Of a DNA stretch of 32,602 nt, positions 16,505 through 24,859 are shown one piece after another (position 1 is the first letter of the stretch; each line of letters begins with the position of its first letter). The DNA comes from a virus (lineage: Duplodnaviria; Heunggongvirae; Uroviricota; Caudoviricetes). Both the position numbers and the translations under genes were made by a program. Location: IMG/VR virus record IMGVR_UViG_2698536533_000006. One strand, given 5' to 3'. Under the pieces are notes generated by a model that ran no database searches, was not told the DNA's origin, and saw only the letters and a program-made list of their open reading frames with translations.

Positions 16505-17832
16505 TTTAGGTTATGCCGCCACGCTTCCCTCAAAAGAGACGGTGGCATACTTCCGCGCCAAAGGGGCGCATATCAGCTGGAACTGGTTCGAAACAGACGC
16601 GGATGTTCATGCCCGCTCATTCACGGCAGCAAAAACGGCACGGCTGGATGTGGTAACCACATTACAGGCCGAAGTGCAGCGGGCCATTGATGAGGGGATT
16701 TCACAGAAAGAATTTATCCGCACACTGACGCCACGCCTGCAAAAGCTGGGATGGTGGGGAAAGCAGATTGTGGTGGACAGCGACGGTAACGCGGAAGAAG
16801 TGCAGCAGGGCAGTCCCCGTCGTCTGGCGCTGATTTACAACGTGAACACCCGTGTGGCTTACAATGCCGGGCGTTACACGCAGATGATGAACAACACGGA
16901 CACGCATCCGTTCTGGCAGTATGTGGCGGTCATGGACAGCCGTACCCGCCNNNNNNNNNNNNNNNNNNNNNNNNNNNNNNNNNNNNNNNNNNNNNNNNNN
17001 NNNNNNNNNNNNNNNNNNNNNNNNNNNNNNNNNNNNNNNNNNNNNNNNNNNNNNNNNNNNNNNNNNNNNNNNNNNNNNNNNNNNNNNNNNNNNNNNNNNN
17101 NNNNNNNNNNNNNNNNNNNNNNNNNNNNNNNNNNNNNNNNNNNNNNNNNNNNNNNNNNNNNNNNNNNNNNNNNNNNNNNNNNNNNNNNNNNNNNNNNNNN
17201 NNNNNGGCGCCAGAACCATGACACCGGATGTGGGCTGGTCATATAACCCCGGCTCGGCAGCGTTCGGCACAGACCAGGCGCTGATCCGCAAACTGATCGA
17301 GGTGAAAAGCCCGGCGTTACGGGAAATGGTGGTTCAGGAGATGAACAACAGCCCGGAGCGGCAGCTGGCGTTCCGCATCTGGGCAAAAAACATCATGCAG
17401 ACCCGGCGAGGTGGTAACGATATCCGCACGCTGGGCTTTATGACTGAAAGCATTGCGCAGGCAGTGGAAAGCCGGACGGGAACGCCACCGGCCCGCCTGC
17501 TGGCGATGAGCGGTAAAAATGTGCTCCATGCGGACAGTGTGAAACATCAGAATGACGGCATCGCTCTGACGCCGGAGGACTTCGGGCGCTTACCGGCAAT
17601 GCTGGCAAGGCCAAAAGCGGTACTGTGGGACAAACGGCACAACAATCTGATGTATATCGTGGAAAATCAGGATGGCAGTGTGCAGATTGCCGTTAATGCA
17701 CCGTACAGTCTGAAACGTCAGCCCGACAAACTGGATGTGATTGTGAATGCTTACCGGGTTATCAATATGGATAAGCTGAAATCGGATATCCGGGGCGGAA
17801 TGCTTGAGGTGCTGGAAGGACAAATTGATTAA
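16488..17832 (+). CDS. Head morphogenesis protein (Mu F / gp30-like), interrupted by N run 16951-17205
   Basis: Open frames on both sides of the gap with combined size near Mu gp30. Frame continuity across the gap cannot be verified. Confidence 0.6.
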
Positions 17833-17916
17833 CGGTCAGTGGCGGGGGTCGAACCCGCATACATGATCCACCCGGAGGCAGGCACCGACTTTACCAGTTA
17901 AGCGTACACTGACCGC
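17833..17916 (-). other. tRNA-like structured element (9-bp closing stem plus T-arm-like hairpin); not a canonical tRNA
   Basis: CGGTCAGTG (17833-17841) pairs with CACTGACCG (17908-17916); inner hairpin GCGGG-GGTCGAA-CCCGC reads GCGGGTTCGACCCCCGC on the minus strand. Confidence 0.3.
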
Positions 17917-17953
17917 CTGTTTATTTTATATTCATCCTTTATGCGGAGGCAAT

Positions 17954-18427
17954 ATGTCATCCATTGATGCAGCTGTCGTTGTTGACGTTACGCGTCTCCA
18001 GCGAGTGTTTGCCCGGCTTCAGTTTGTGGGCGGCGGAAAAGACCTGGCCCGCAGTGTGGCGGCGAGTCTTCTGTCATCGTCAGAAATGGCGTTTGAGCAG
18101 GAAAAAGAGCCGGATGGTGAACGCTGGCATGACTGGTCAGATCCTTACCGTGAGTGGCGTACCCGTAAGGGATACACGCCCGGCAAAATCCTGACGCTGA
18201 ACGGCGATCTGGCCCGCCGCCTGACCACGGATTATGGCGATACCTGGGCGCTGATTGGATCAAATGAACCTTATGCAGCCATTCATCAGTGGGGTGGCCT
18301 GCCTGGTATGCCACCGGGACCGGCGGCCATTGGCGCACGTCCGTATATGGGCTTTGATCAGGTGGCAGAACAGGAGATCATGGACGAAATCAGAAAACGC
18401 TTTAAAAAGGCCACAGAAACGCCGTAA
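17954..18427 (+). CDS. Virion morphogenesis protein (Mu G-like)
   Basis: 157 aa; RBS GGAGG; size and position match Mu G. Confidence 0.7.
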   Translation: MSSIDAAVVVDVTRLQRVFARLQFVGGGKDLARSVAASLLSSSEMAFEQEKEPDGERWHDWSDPYREWRTRKGYTPGKILTLNGDLARRLTTDYGDTWALIGSNEPYAAIHQWGGLPGMPPGPAAIGARPYMGFDQVAEQEIMDEIRKRFKKATETP

Positions 18428-18604
18428 TGGTTTAAGGTATGCAAACGTATTACCTTACCCCCTTCAGGCGCGTGTCGTGATTTTCTAACCTGTATTTAAC
18501 GGGCTTTAAAATCTGCGTGAAGCGCCTTTCTCATTCCCCCCCTGTCAGCACTTTCTGAAGTCCCGCAAAACCAGCCCCAAAAATACCCGGCTTATGCTGC
18601 CGGT
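18428..18604 (+). promoter_or_regulatory. Non-coding spacer between G and I; candidate late promoter (position of Mu P-I)
   Basis: 177 bp without a credible ORF in an otherwise coupled operon. Confidence 0.3.
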
Positions 18605-19738
18605 ATGAAGACAGAAAATCACCCAAAAGACGCAAATCGCCCCTCCGGTTTAGCCGTGCTTTCAGCTTCGCTGACTGCATCCGGCGACGGATGGTGTCAG
18701 TTACTGCCAGCCGGTCGGGTAAAGGCCCGTGACGGTCGCCCGGAAAAACCGACTGAAGGCTGGCTGATTAACGAATCCGCCTGTAACCGGATGAAAGCCG
18801 GGCTTTCCGCCCTGCATCAGCCGTTACTGATTGATTATGACCATCACTCCGTGAATGCGCAGAAAAACGGATTCAAGGCTATTGCTGCAGGATGGGTTAA
18901 GCCGGAAAACATCGAATGGCGTGAGGGTCAGGGGATTTTCATTAAACCTGAATGGACACCACAGGCACAAAAACATATTGATGACCGTGAATATGCCTAT
19001 CTGTCTGCATATATGCATTATTTCGCTGACACCGGGGAACCCTACCTGTTGCGCATGGCTTCCCTGACGAATGATCCGGGTATTACGGGTATGAACCCTG
19101 TCGCGGCACTCAGTGCTGATGATCTCTATGTCGTTTCCCCTTCTCAGGAGCAATCCCCCATGAATGAGCAATTACGCCAGTTGCTGACGGCGCTCGGTCT
19201 GACCGTGGCTGACGGTGACGAATTTACACCGGAACTGGGCACGGCGGCGCTGTCTGCCCTTACCGGGATCAAAACCCGTGCGGATGCGCACGACACCCTG
19301 AAAACGCAGGTTGCCAGCCTGTCGGCAGAACTGGAAACCGCAAAAGGCACACCAACTGGCGGCACTATTGATCTGACGAAATATGTGCCCGTTGAGACGT
19401 ATAACGCCCTGCGTACCGAATATGCCGCGCTGTCGGCACAACACGGCAGCACCACGCTGGAGCAGTTGCTGGATAAGGCCGAGTCCGAAGGACGCATTTT
19501 CAAAAGCGAACGCGGATACATGGAAGGACTCGGACAACAGATTGGCGTCGCGGCACTTTCTGCACAGCTTGACGCCCGCCAGCCGGTTGCGGCTCTGACC
19601 ACTCTTCAGACCGACACCGTAACCGTGCCGGATAAAAAGACCGCCACCGCTGTGCTGTCGGCTGAAGATATCGCCGCCGCACGTCTGTTGGGTAAAACCG
19701 AAGCCGAGTTCCTGAAAATGAAAGAGGAAATGCAATAA
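18605..19738 (+). CDS. Head maturation protease / scaffold protein (Mu I-like)
   Basis: 377 aa, immediately upstream of the major capsid gene; Ala/Leu-rich helical C-terminal half as expected for a scaffold domain. Confidence 0.75.
   Translation: MKTENHPKDANRPSGLAVLSASLTASGDGWCQLLPAGRVKARDGRPEKPTEGWLINESACNRMKAGLSALHQPLLIDYDHHSVNAQKNGFKAIAAGWVKPENIEWREGQGIFIKPEWTPQAQKHIDDREYAYLSAYMHYFADTGEPYLLRMASLTNDPGITGMNPVAALSADDLYVVSPSQEQSPMNEQLRQLLTALGLTVADGDEFTPELGTAALSALTGIKTRADAHDTLKTQVASLSAELETAKGTPTGGTIDLTKYVPVETYNALRTEYAALSAQHGSTTLEQLLDKAESEGRIFKSERGYMEGLGQQIGVAALSAQLDARQPVAALTTLQTDTVTVPDKKTATAVLSAEDIAAARLLGKTEAEFLKMKEEMQ
19160..19738 (+). CDS. Possible nested in-frame scaffold protein (Mu Z-like) from an internal start in gene I
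   Basis: Internal ATG at 19160, in frame, preceded by AGGAG at 9-nt spacing; would encode the C-terminal 192 aa. Confidence 0.4.
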   Translation: MNEQLRQLLTALGLTVADGDEFTPELGTAALSALTGIKTRADAHDTLKTQVASLSAELETAKGTPTGGTIDLTKYVPVETYNALRTEYAALSAQHGSTTLEQLLDKAESEGRIFKSERGYMEGLGQQIGVAALSAQLDARQPVAALTTLQTDTVTVPDKKTATAVLSAEDIAAARLLGKTEAEFLKMKEEMQ

Positions 19739-20685
19739 TGCCTACCCCGATTACACCGGCGATGATCACCGCCCTGATGACGGGCTACCGTTCTGATTTT
19801 CAGGCCGGGATGTCCATGGCTCCGTCGCAGTACCAGAAAATTGCGATGACCGTGCCGTCCACCTCGAAATCCAACACCTACGGCTGGCTGGGGCAGTTCC
19901 CGCAGTTCCGTGAGTGGATCGGCTCCCGCGTCATCGAGAAGATGAAAGCCTATGGCTACGCCATCGTGAACAAAACCTTTGAAGGCACCGTTGCCATTAG
20001 CCGCGATGACTTTGAAGACGACAATCTCGGCATCTACTCCCCGTTATTCCAGGAAATGGGTCGTGCCGCTGCGGCACAACCGGATGAACTGGTCTTTGCT
20101 GCACTGCGTGATGGTCTGAATGCGGCCTGCTATGACGGCCAGAACTTCTTTGATACCGAACACCCTGTTTACCCCAAAGTGGATGGCTCCGGTGATGCAC
20201 AGATGGTCAGCAATATGTTTGTGGCAAAAACCGGCTCTGTCGGTGCACAGGCGGATTACAGCGGCCCGGCCTGGTATCTGCTTGACTGCTCCCGCGCGGT
20301 AAAACCGCTGATTTATCAGGATCGCCGCAAAGCCGAACTGGTTGCCCAGACAAAAGTCGATGAAGGCCGTGCGTTTACTGATAACGAGTTTGTGTTCGGT
20401 GCTTCCGCCCGTCGCAATGTGGGCTACGGCTTCTGGCAGATGGCCTACATGATGCAGTCACCGCTGACGCTGGATGCGCTGTGGCACGGCTGGTCAGCCA
20501 TGCGTGACTTTAAGGCTGACGGTGGCCGCAAACTCGGCATCAAACCCACCCATATTGTTGTCCCCACCTCGCTGGAAAAACAGGCGGTGCAGCTGCTGGA
20601 GCGCGAGCTGTTCGCAGACGGTAACGCCACAGTCTCTAACGAGATGAAGGGCAAGCTGGAGCTGGTTGTCGCGGATTATCTGTAA
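19738..20685 (+). CDS. Major capsid protein (Mu T-like)
   Basis: 315 aa; ATG overlaps the gene I stop (TAATG); position and size match Mu T. Confidence 0.8.
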   Translation: MPTPITPAMITALMTGYRSDFQAGMSMAPSQYQKIAMTVPSTSKSNTYGWLGQFPQFREWIGSRVIEKMKAYGYAIVNKTFEGTVAISRDDFEDDNLGIYSPLFQEMGRAAAAQPDELVFAALRDGLNAACYDGQNFFDTEHPVYPKVDGSGDAQMVSNMFVAKTGSVGAQADYSGPAWYLLDCSRAVKPLIYQDRRKAELVAQTKVDEGRAFTDNEFVFGASARRNVGYGFWQMAYMMQSPLTLDALWHGWSAMRDFKADGGRKLGIKPTHIVVPTSLEKQAVQLLERELFADGNATVSNEMKGKLELVVADYL

Positions 20686-20728
20686 ACGGTGAGCCGGGCT
20701 TACGGCCCGGCCCCTGCGGAGGGCAAAT

Positions 20729-21058
20729 ATGAATGAACATCACACTGTGGCAGCAACAGATGATTCAGGCCTTCAGGTCAGTGGTGACAGTCCTGTCACG
20801 GTACTGGCAGAAGTGCGTTGCAGTCGTACGCATTTTCGTCGTGCGGGGTTCCTGTTCATGCGGGGACGCCAGCAGGTTGACGTCACCCCGGAGCAGCTTG
20901 CCCGACTGGAAGCGGAGCCATGCCTCACTGTACGAATACTACAGACGCCTGGTGATGATGCGGGAGCCGTGGCGGGTGTGGTTCATGCAGAGACCGGTGC
21001 AGATTTAGCCGAAGCCGAAACCGTACAGGATGCTCCCCGGAAAAAGACCGGCAATAAC
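20729..21058 (+). CDS. Hypothetical head-region protein, N-terminal part (runs into N run 21059-21331)
   Basis: ORF beginning MNEHHTVAATDDSGLQVSGD...; the C-terminus is not visible. Confidence 0.4.
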
Positions 21059-21331
21059 NNNNNNNNNNNNNNNNNNNNNNNNNNNNNNNNNNNNNNNNNN
21101 NNNNNNNNNNNNNNNNNNNNNNNNNNNNNNNNNNNNNNNNNNNNNNNNNNNNNNNNNNNNNNNNNNNNNNNNNNNNNNNNNNNNNNNNNNNNNNNNNNNN
21201 NNNNNNNNNNNNNNNNNNNNNNNNNNNNNNNNNNNNNNNNNNNNNNNNNNNNNNNNNNNNNNNNNNNNNNNNNNNNNNNNNNNNNNNNNNNNNNNNNNNN
21301 NNNNNNNNNNNNNNNNNNNNNNNNNNNNNNN

Positions 21332-21523
21332 CTGTGCGATCAGCGGGCATCCGATCAGGCGCGTGACCGTTACCGTGAGGCGCTGGCCTGGCTGAAAGAT
21401 GTCATGAACGGTAACGTGCCGGTCGGCGTGGATACAGACGGTGCGGCCCCTGAATCCGGGGATTTACCGCAGGTGCAGTCTGATGCGGCGGTGTTCGGGC
21501 GCAACCAGAAGGGCTTTATATGA
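21332..21523 (+). CDS. C-terminal part of a head/neck protein (position of Mu gp36), start in N run
   Basis: Open frame from the gap to TGA at 21521-21523, overlapping the next ATG (ATGA). Confidence 0.4.
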   Translation: MCDQRASDQARDRYREALAWLKDVMNGNVPVGVDTDGAAPESGDLPQVQSDAAVFGRNQKGFI

Positions 21524-22083
21524 TTACGGAAACCGAGCAGGCGTACATCGCCCGTATCCGTGAGTATTTCGGGAATGAACTGGTGTCTGTTGACACACAT
21601 CCCGGCGACTGGAGCGACAGCGTACTGCGCACCATGCTGATTAACGCCCCGGCTATCTATGTTGCCTGGCTGGGTGCCGGTGAAGGGCGTACCCGTGGGC
21701 GTCTGGTCAGTCACTGGGTGTTCTACGTCATCGGCGACATGCTCAATGGCCGTGAGGTCAGCCGTCCCGGGCTTTATCAGATTGTGGCCCGCCTGATTAC
21801 CGTGCTGGACGGCTTCAGAGCAGAAAAAACCTCACCGCTTTACTTTGAAAAGGCGGTCAACGGTTACACCGAAACGCAGGCAGGCAGCGGTGCCGTGATG
21901 TACGCCCTGTATTTCTCATGCGAGGAAATGATCGACCCGCTGACGGATATCAGCTCGCTGGATGATTTCCTGCGCCATTACGAAACCTTTACCGAACCGG
22001 AAGGCACGCCGGAATTTAAGGCACACATCCGTCTGCCTGGTGCAACTGCCGCCGGTGAAAACGCCGGACTGTCAGAGGAATAA
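21520..22083 (+). CDS. Mu gp37-like neck/tail completion protein
   Basis: 187 aa; position between the head genes and the tail sheath gene. Confidence 0.55.
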   Translation: MITETEQAYIARIREYFGNELVSVDTHPGDWSDSVLRTMLINAPAIYVAWLGAGEGRTRGRLVSHWVFYVIGDMLNGREVSRPGLYQIVARLITVLDGFRAEKTSPLYFEKAVNGYTETQAGSGAVMYALYFSCEEMIDPLTDISSLDDFLRHYETFTEPEGTPEFKAHIRLPGATAAGENAGLSEE

Positions 22084-22086
22084 CAG

Positions 22087-22365
22087 ATGACAACCATTTT
22101 TATTAAACCTGCGCCGGGATGCCTGATCCGCGATCCCGACACGATGACTCCGCTCTCTCAGGACGGGGAAGAGAAACCCTTCACTCCGTTCTGGTGCCGC
22201 CGTCTTAATGATGGCGACGTCATTGTGGTGGATAAAACGGCGGAGCCTGCCCCGGCTGCCACAACTGCTAATACCGGCGCGGCGGCAAAACCAGCGGGAG
22301 CGGTAGCAGAAAAAACTGCGGCGGTGGCTGAAAAAACCGCAGCATCAGATAAGGGGACGTCCTGA
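22087..22365 (+). CDS. Small protein preceding the sheath gene (Mu gp38 position)
   Basis: 92 aa with an Ala/Pro/Thr-rich low-complexity C-terminus; stop overlaps the sheath ATG. Confidence 0.5.
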   Translation: MTTIFIKPAPGCLIRDPDTMTPLSQDGEEKPFTPFWCRRLNDGDVIVVDKTAEPAPAATTANTGAAAKPAGAVAEKTAAVAEKTAASDKGTS

Positions 22366-23867
22366 TGATTAACTTTGATTATATCGGCGATAACAATCGC
22401 ATTCCGCTGGTACAGATTGAAATCAATAATTCAATGGCCGTGACCGGCACTCCACCACAGCGTCAGGCGGTACTGTTGTTTGGTCAGGCTGCAATGAAAG
22501 ACACTACCATTCAGGGGCGCGGTCAGCTTGATGTACCAGTACGTATTACCCGAGCTTCACAAGCAAGAGAACTCTGGGGGCGAGGTTCCATGATTGCACT
22601 GATGGTAGAGGAATTTATCGCCATTAACCCTGACACAGAGTTATATGCCATTGCACAGGGGGCTGGAACAGGTCAGTCCAGGGCATGCGTGATGAATATC
22701 ATTGGAACAGCATTGGCAGACGGGGTGTTAAGTGTTTACATCGGCGGTCGCCGTTACCTCCTGCCCGTCAGTAAGGGGAAAAAAGGTAAAGAGCTTGTGG
22801 AAGAGCTGGCTAAGGTCATTAACGCTGACACTGATGCGCCATTCACTGCTATCGCAGCTGAAGTCAGTGGTGATAATGCTGAAGGACTTAAAGGCAGCAT
22901 GGGGGTTAACGCCCGCTTTATCGGTGAATGCTCAGCTCATGATTTACGGGTGAACTATTATGACGGTGAAACTACACCGGCCGGTCTTACGCTGGAGCTC
23001 GTCGCGCCAACACAGAAGGCAACAAACCCCGATATCACCCGTAGCGTCTCAGGGATGGGGAATCGTCAGTACAACTACATCGTCATGCCCTATAAGGATG
23101 CGGCAAATCTCAAAATTCTGGCGGATGAACTGCTGAAACGCTGGGGACCGGTAAAAATGTCGGACGGTATGGTCTGGATGGCGCATACCGGCACCTTCGG
23201 TACGGCAACCAGTTTTGGTGAATCCCGTAATGACTTCCTGTTTACCTGCACTTCTATTCCTAAAGCACCAGAGCCGGATTATGTCTGGGCTGCCTCCATT
23301 TGTGCGGTCTGTGCGCCCTCCCTGTCAACGGATCCGGCCCGACCATTACAGACACTGGCGCTGCCTGCCCGTATGGCACCTGAAGCACCGGATCGTCTGA
23401 CGCGGGAAGAGCGAAACAGCCTGCTTTATACCGGCATGTCCACGGTGACCGTCGCGGCCGCGGATGTGGTGCAGATTGAACGTCAGGTGACGATGTACCG
23501 TCAGAATGCATACGGCGAAATCGATCCCAGCTATCTGGATGTGGAAACCATCTACACCCTGTCATATCTGCGTTATTCCCTGCGCACCTTTATCACGCAG
23601 CGTTTTCCGCGCCATAAACTGGCTGATGACGGGACGCCCGTTCGTGCCGGTCAGAATATCGTGACACCGGAGATCATGAAACTTCAGTTAATTTCGCTGG
23701 GGGAAGAATGGGTGGATCTGGGACTGGTCGAAAATCTGGACACCTTTAAAAAGAATCTGCTCGTGGAGCGCAACACAAAAGACCGTAACCGTCTGGATGT
23801 GATGTGTACACCGGATCTGGTTAACCAGTTCCGCTTCATGGCCGCGCAGATCCGTTTCATTTTGTGA
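22365..23867 (+). CDS. Tail sheath protein (Mu L-like)
   Basis: 500 aa, followed directly by the tail tube gene; this gene order is diagnostic of a contractile tail. Confidence 0.85.
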   Translation: MINFDYIGDNNRIPLVQIEINNSMAVTGTPPQRQAVLLFGQAAMKDTTIQGRGQLDVPVRITRASQARELWGRGSMIALMVEEFIAINPDTELYAIAQGAGTGQSRACVMNIIGTALADGVLSVYIGGRRYLLPVSKGKKGKELVEELAKVINADTDAPFTAIAAEVSGDNAEGLKGSMGVNARFIGECSAHDLRVNYYDGETTPAGLTLELVAPTQKATNPDITRSVSGMGNRQYNYIVMPYKDAANLKILADELLKRWGPVKMSDGMVWMAHTGTFGTATSFGESRNDFLFTCTSIPKAPEPDYVWAASICAVCAPSLSTDPARPLQTLALPARMAPEAPDRLTREERNSLLYTGMSTVTVAAADVVQIERQVTMYRQNAYGEIDPSYLDVETIYTLSYLRYSLRTFITQRFPRHKLADDGTPVRAGQNIVTPEIMKLQLISLGEEWVDLGLVENLDTFKKNLLVERNTKDRNRLDVMCTPDLVNQFRFMAAQIRFIL

Positions 23868-23875
23868 GGTAAGGC

Positions 23876-24241
23876 ATGAGCGGAAAACAGTATCAGGGCA
23901 CGGCCACCATCCGTGTGAACGGGCAGGAGTACGACACCCTTGAGGGGGCCACGTTCTCCCCGTCCGGCTTTGAGCGTGAAGTGGTGAAAGGCGCGAAAGT
24001 TTACGGCTATCGCGAGAAACCCCGTGAGGCGACGCTGGACTGTAAATTCCCGGCGGGCGGAGAAGGTTCACCGGCTGCCGATGAAATCAACACCTGGACT
24101 GCGGTCACGATTGAGTTCGTGGCCGATACCGGTGAAGTCCACATGATGACGAAGGCCTGGAGCAGTGAACCGGCCTCGCTTGACGGTGGTGGTGATATCT
24201 CCGCGAAGTTCGCCAGCGCCACCAGTACCCGTGTCCAGTAA
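23876..24241 (+). CDS. Tail tube protein (Mu M-like)
   Basis: 121 aa immediately after the sheath gene; RBS GGTAAGG. Confidence 0.8.
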   Translation: MSGKQYQGTATIRVNGQEYDTLEGATFSPSGFEREVVKGAKVYGYREKPREATLDCKFPAGGEGSPAADEINTWTAVTIEFVADTGEVHMMTKAWSSEPASLDGGGDISAKFASATSTRVQ

Positions 24242-24255
24242 TCAGGAAAAATGTA

Positions 24256-24732
24256 ATGAGCACACGTAAGAAAAAAACGGCGGTTTCTGACGAGGCCGTG
24301 ATGGAGGCTATCCGGGATGCACTTGAAGACGGCGATCCCCGCACCGCCGGGCTGGCTGAACAACTGGCGAACGGCTATGTGGATCTGCTCGACGGTCTGC
24401 CGTTCGGGGAATCCCGTGAATACCGCGTCACCTTCCGCGAACTGACGGCAAAAGACAGCATTGATGCGGAGAGCGAGGCCGAGCGTCTTATGGAAACCCG
24501 AAACGGTCCGGTTCTTGTGGCCTCACCGGCACTGCGCGGCATTGCGCTGCTGCGCCGTCAGATTGCCGCTGTCGGCCAGATTGAGGGGCCATTGTCTCCG
24601 CGTCAGATAGGACAGCTCAGCGAGCGCGATCTCTCCCGACTGATGGCGGCAGTAAGCCTGCTTGATTCCGCGATGGCCGGAAAGCTGGTCGCTGAACGGG
24701 GGCGACCAGATGCAGTGCCGGGATCAGATTGA
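24256..24732 (+). CDS. Tail assembly chaperone
   Basis: 158 aa between the tail tube and tape measure genes, the conserved position of tail assembly chaperones. Confidence 0.6.
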   Translation: MSTRKKKTAVSDEAVMEAIRDALEDGDPRTAGLAEQLANGYVDLLDGLPFGESREYRVTFRELTAKDSIDAESEAERLMETRNGPVLVASPALRGIALLRRQIAAVGQIEGPLSPRQIGQLSERDLSRLMAAVSLLDSAMAGKLVAERGRPDAVPGSD

Positions 24733-24856
24733 AGAAGCCGCAATTGTGCTGGGGATGGTGACAAAAAGCGGCCCGGAGTGGGCGCTTAACCTCCCCTTAT
24801 CGCAGCTTTACCGGCACTGCCGACAGACCGAAAAAATTCTCAGAACGAAGCAGTAA
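24662..24856 (+). CDS. Possible frameshift extension of the tail assembly chaperone (+1 frame overlap)
   Basis: 64-codon ORF in the +1 frame overlapping the last 71 nt of the chaperone gene and ending 4 nt before the tape measure start; G5 run at 24688-24692 lies in the overlap. Confidence 0.35.
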   Translation: MIPRWPESWSLNGGDQMQCRDQIEEAAIVLGMVTKSGPEWALNLPLSQLYRHCRQTEKILRTKQ

Positions 24857-24859
24857 CCC

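Noticed and set aside
17833-17916. Bona fide tRNA gene on the minus strand
   Set aside because: Acceptor-like stem and T-arm-like hairpin are present, but I could not fold a D-arm or anticodon stem-loop and the spacing is off for a canonical cloverleaf. It is kept only as a tRNA-like structured element.
18255-18488. 77-aa + strand ORF overlapping the 3' end of the G-like gene
   Set aside because: Out-of-frame overlap with a supported gene, no RBS, basic low-complexity product; most likely spurious.
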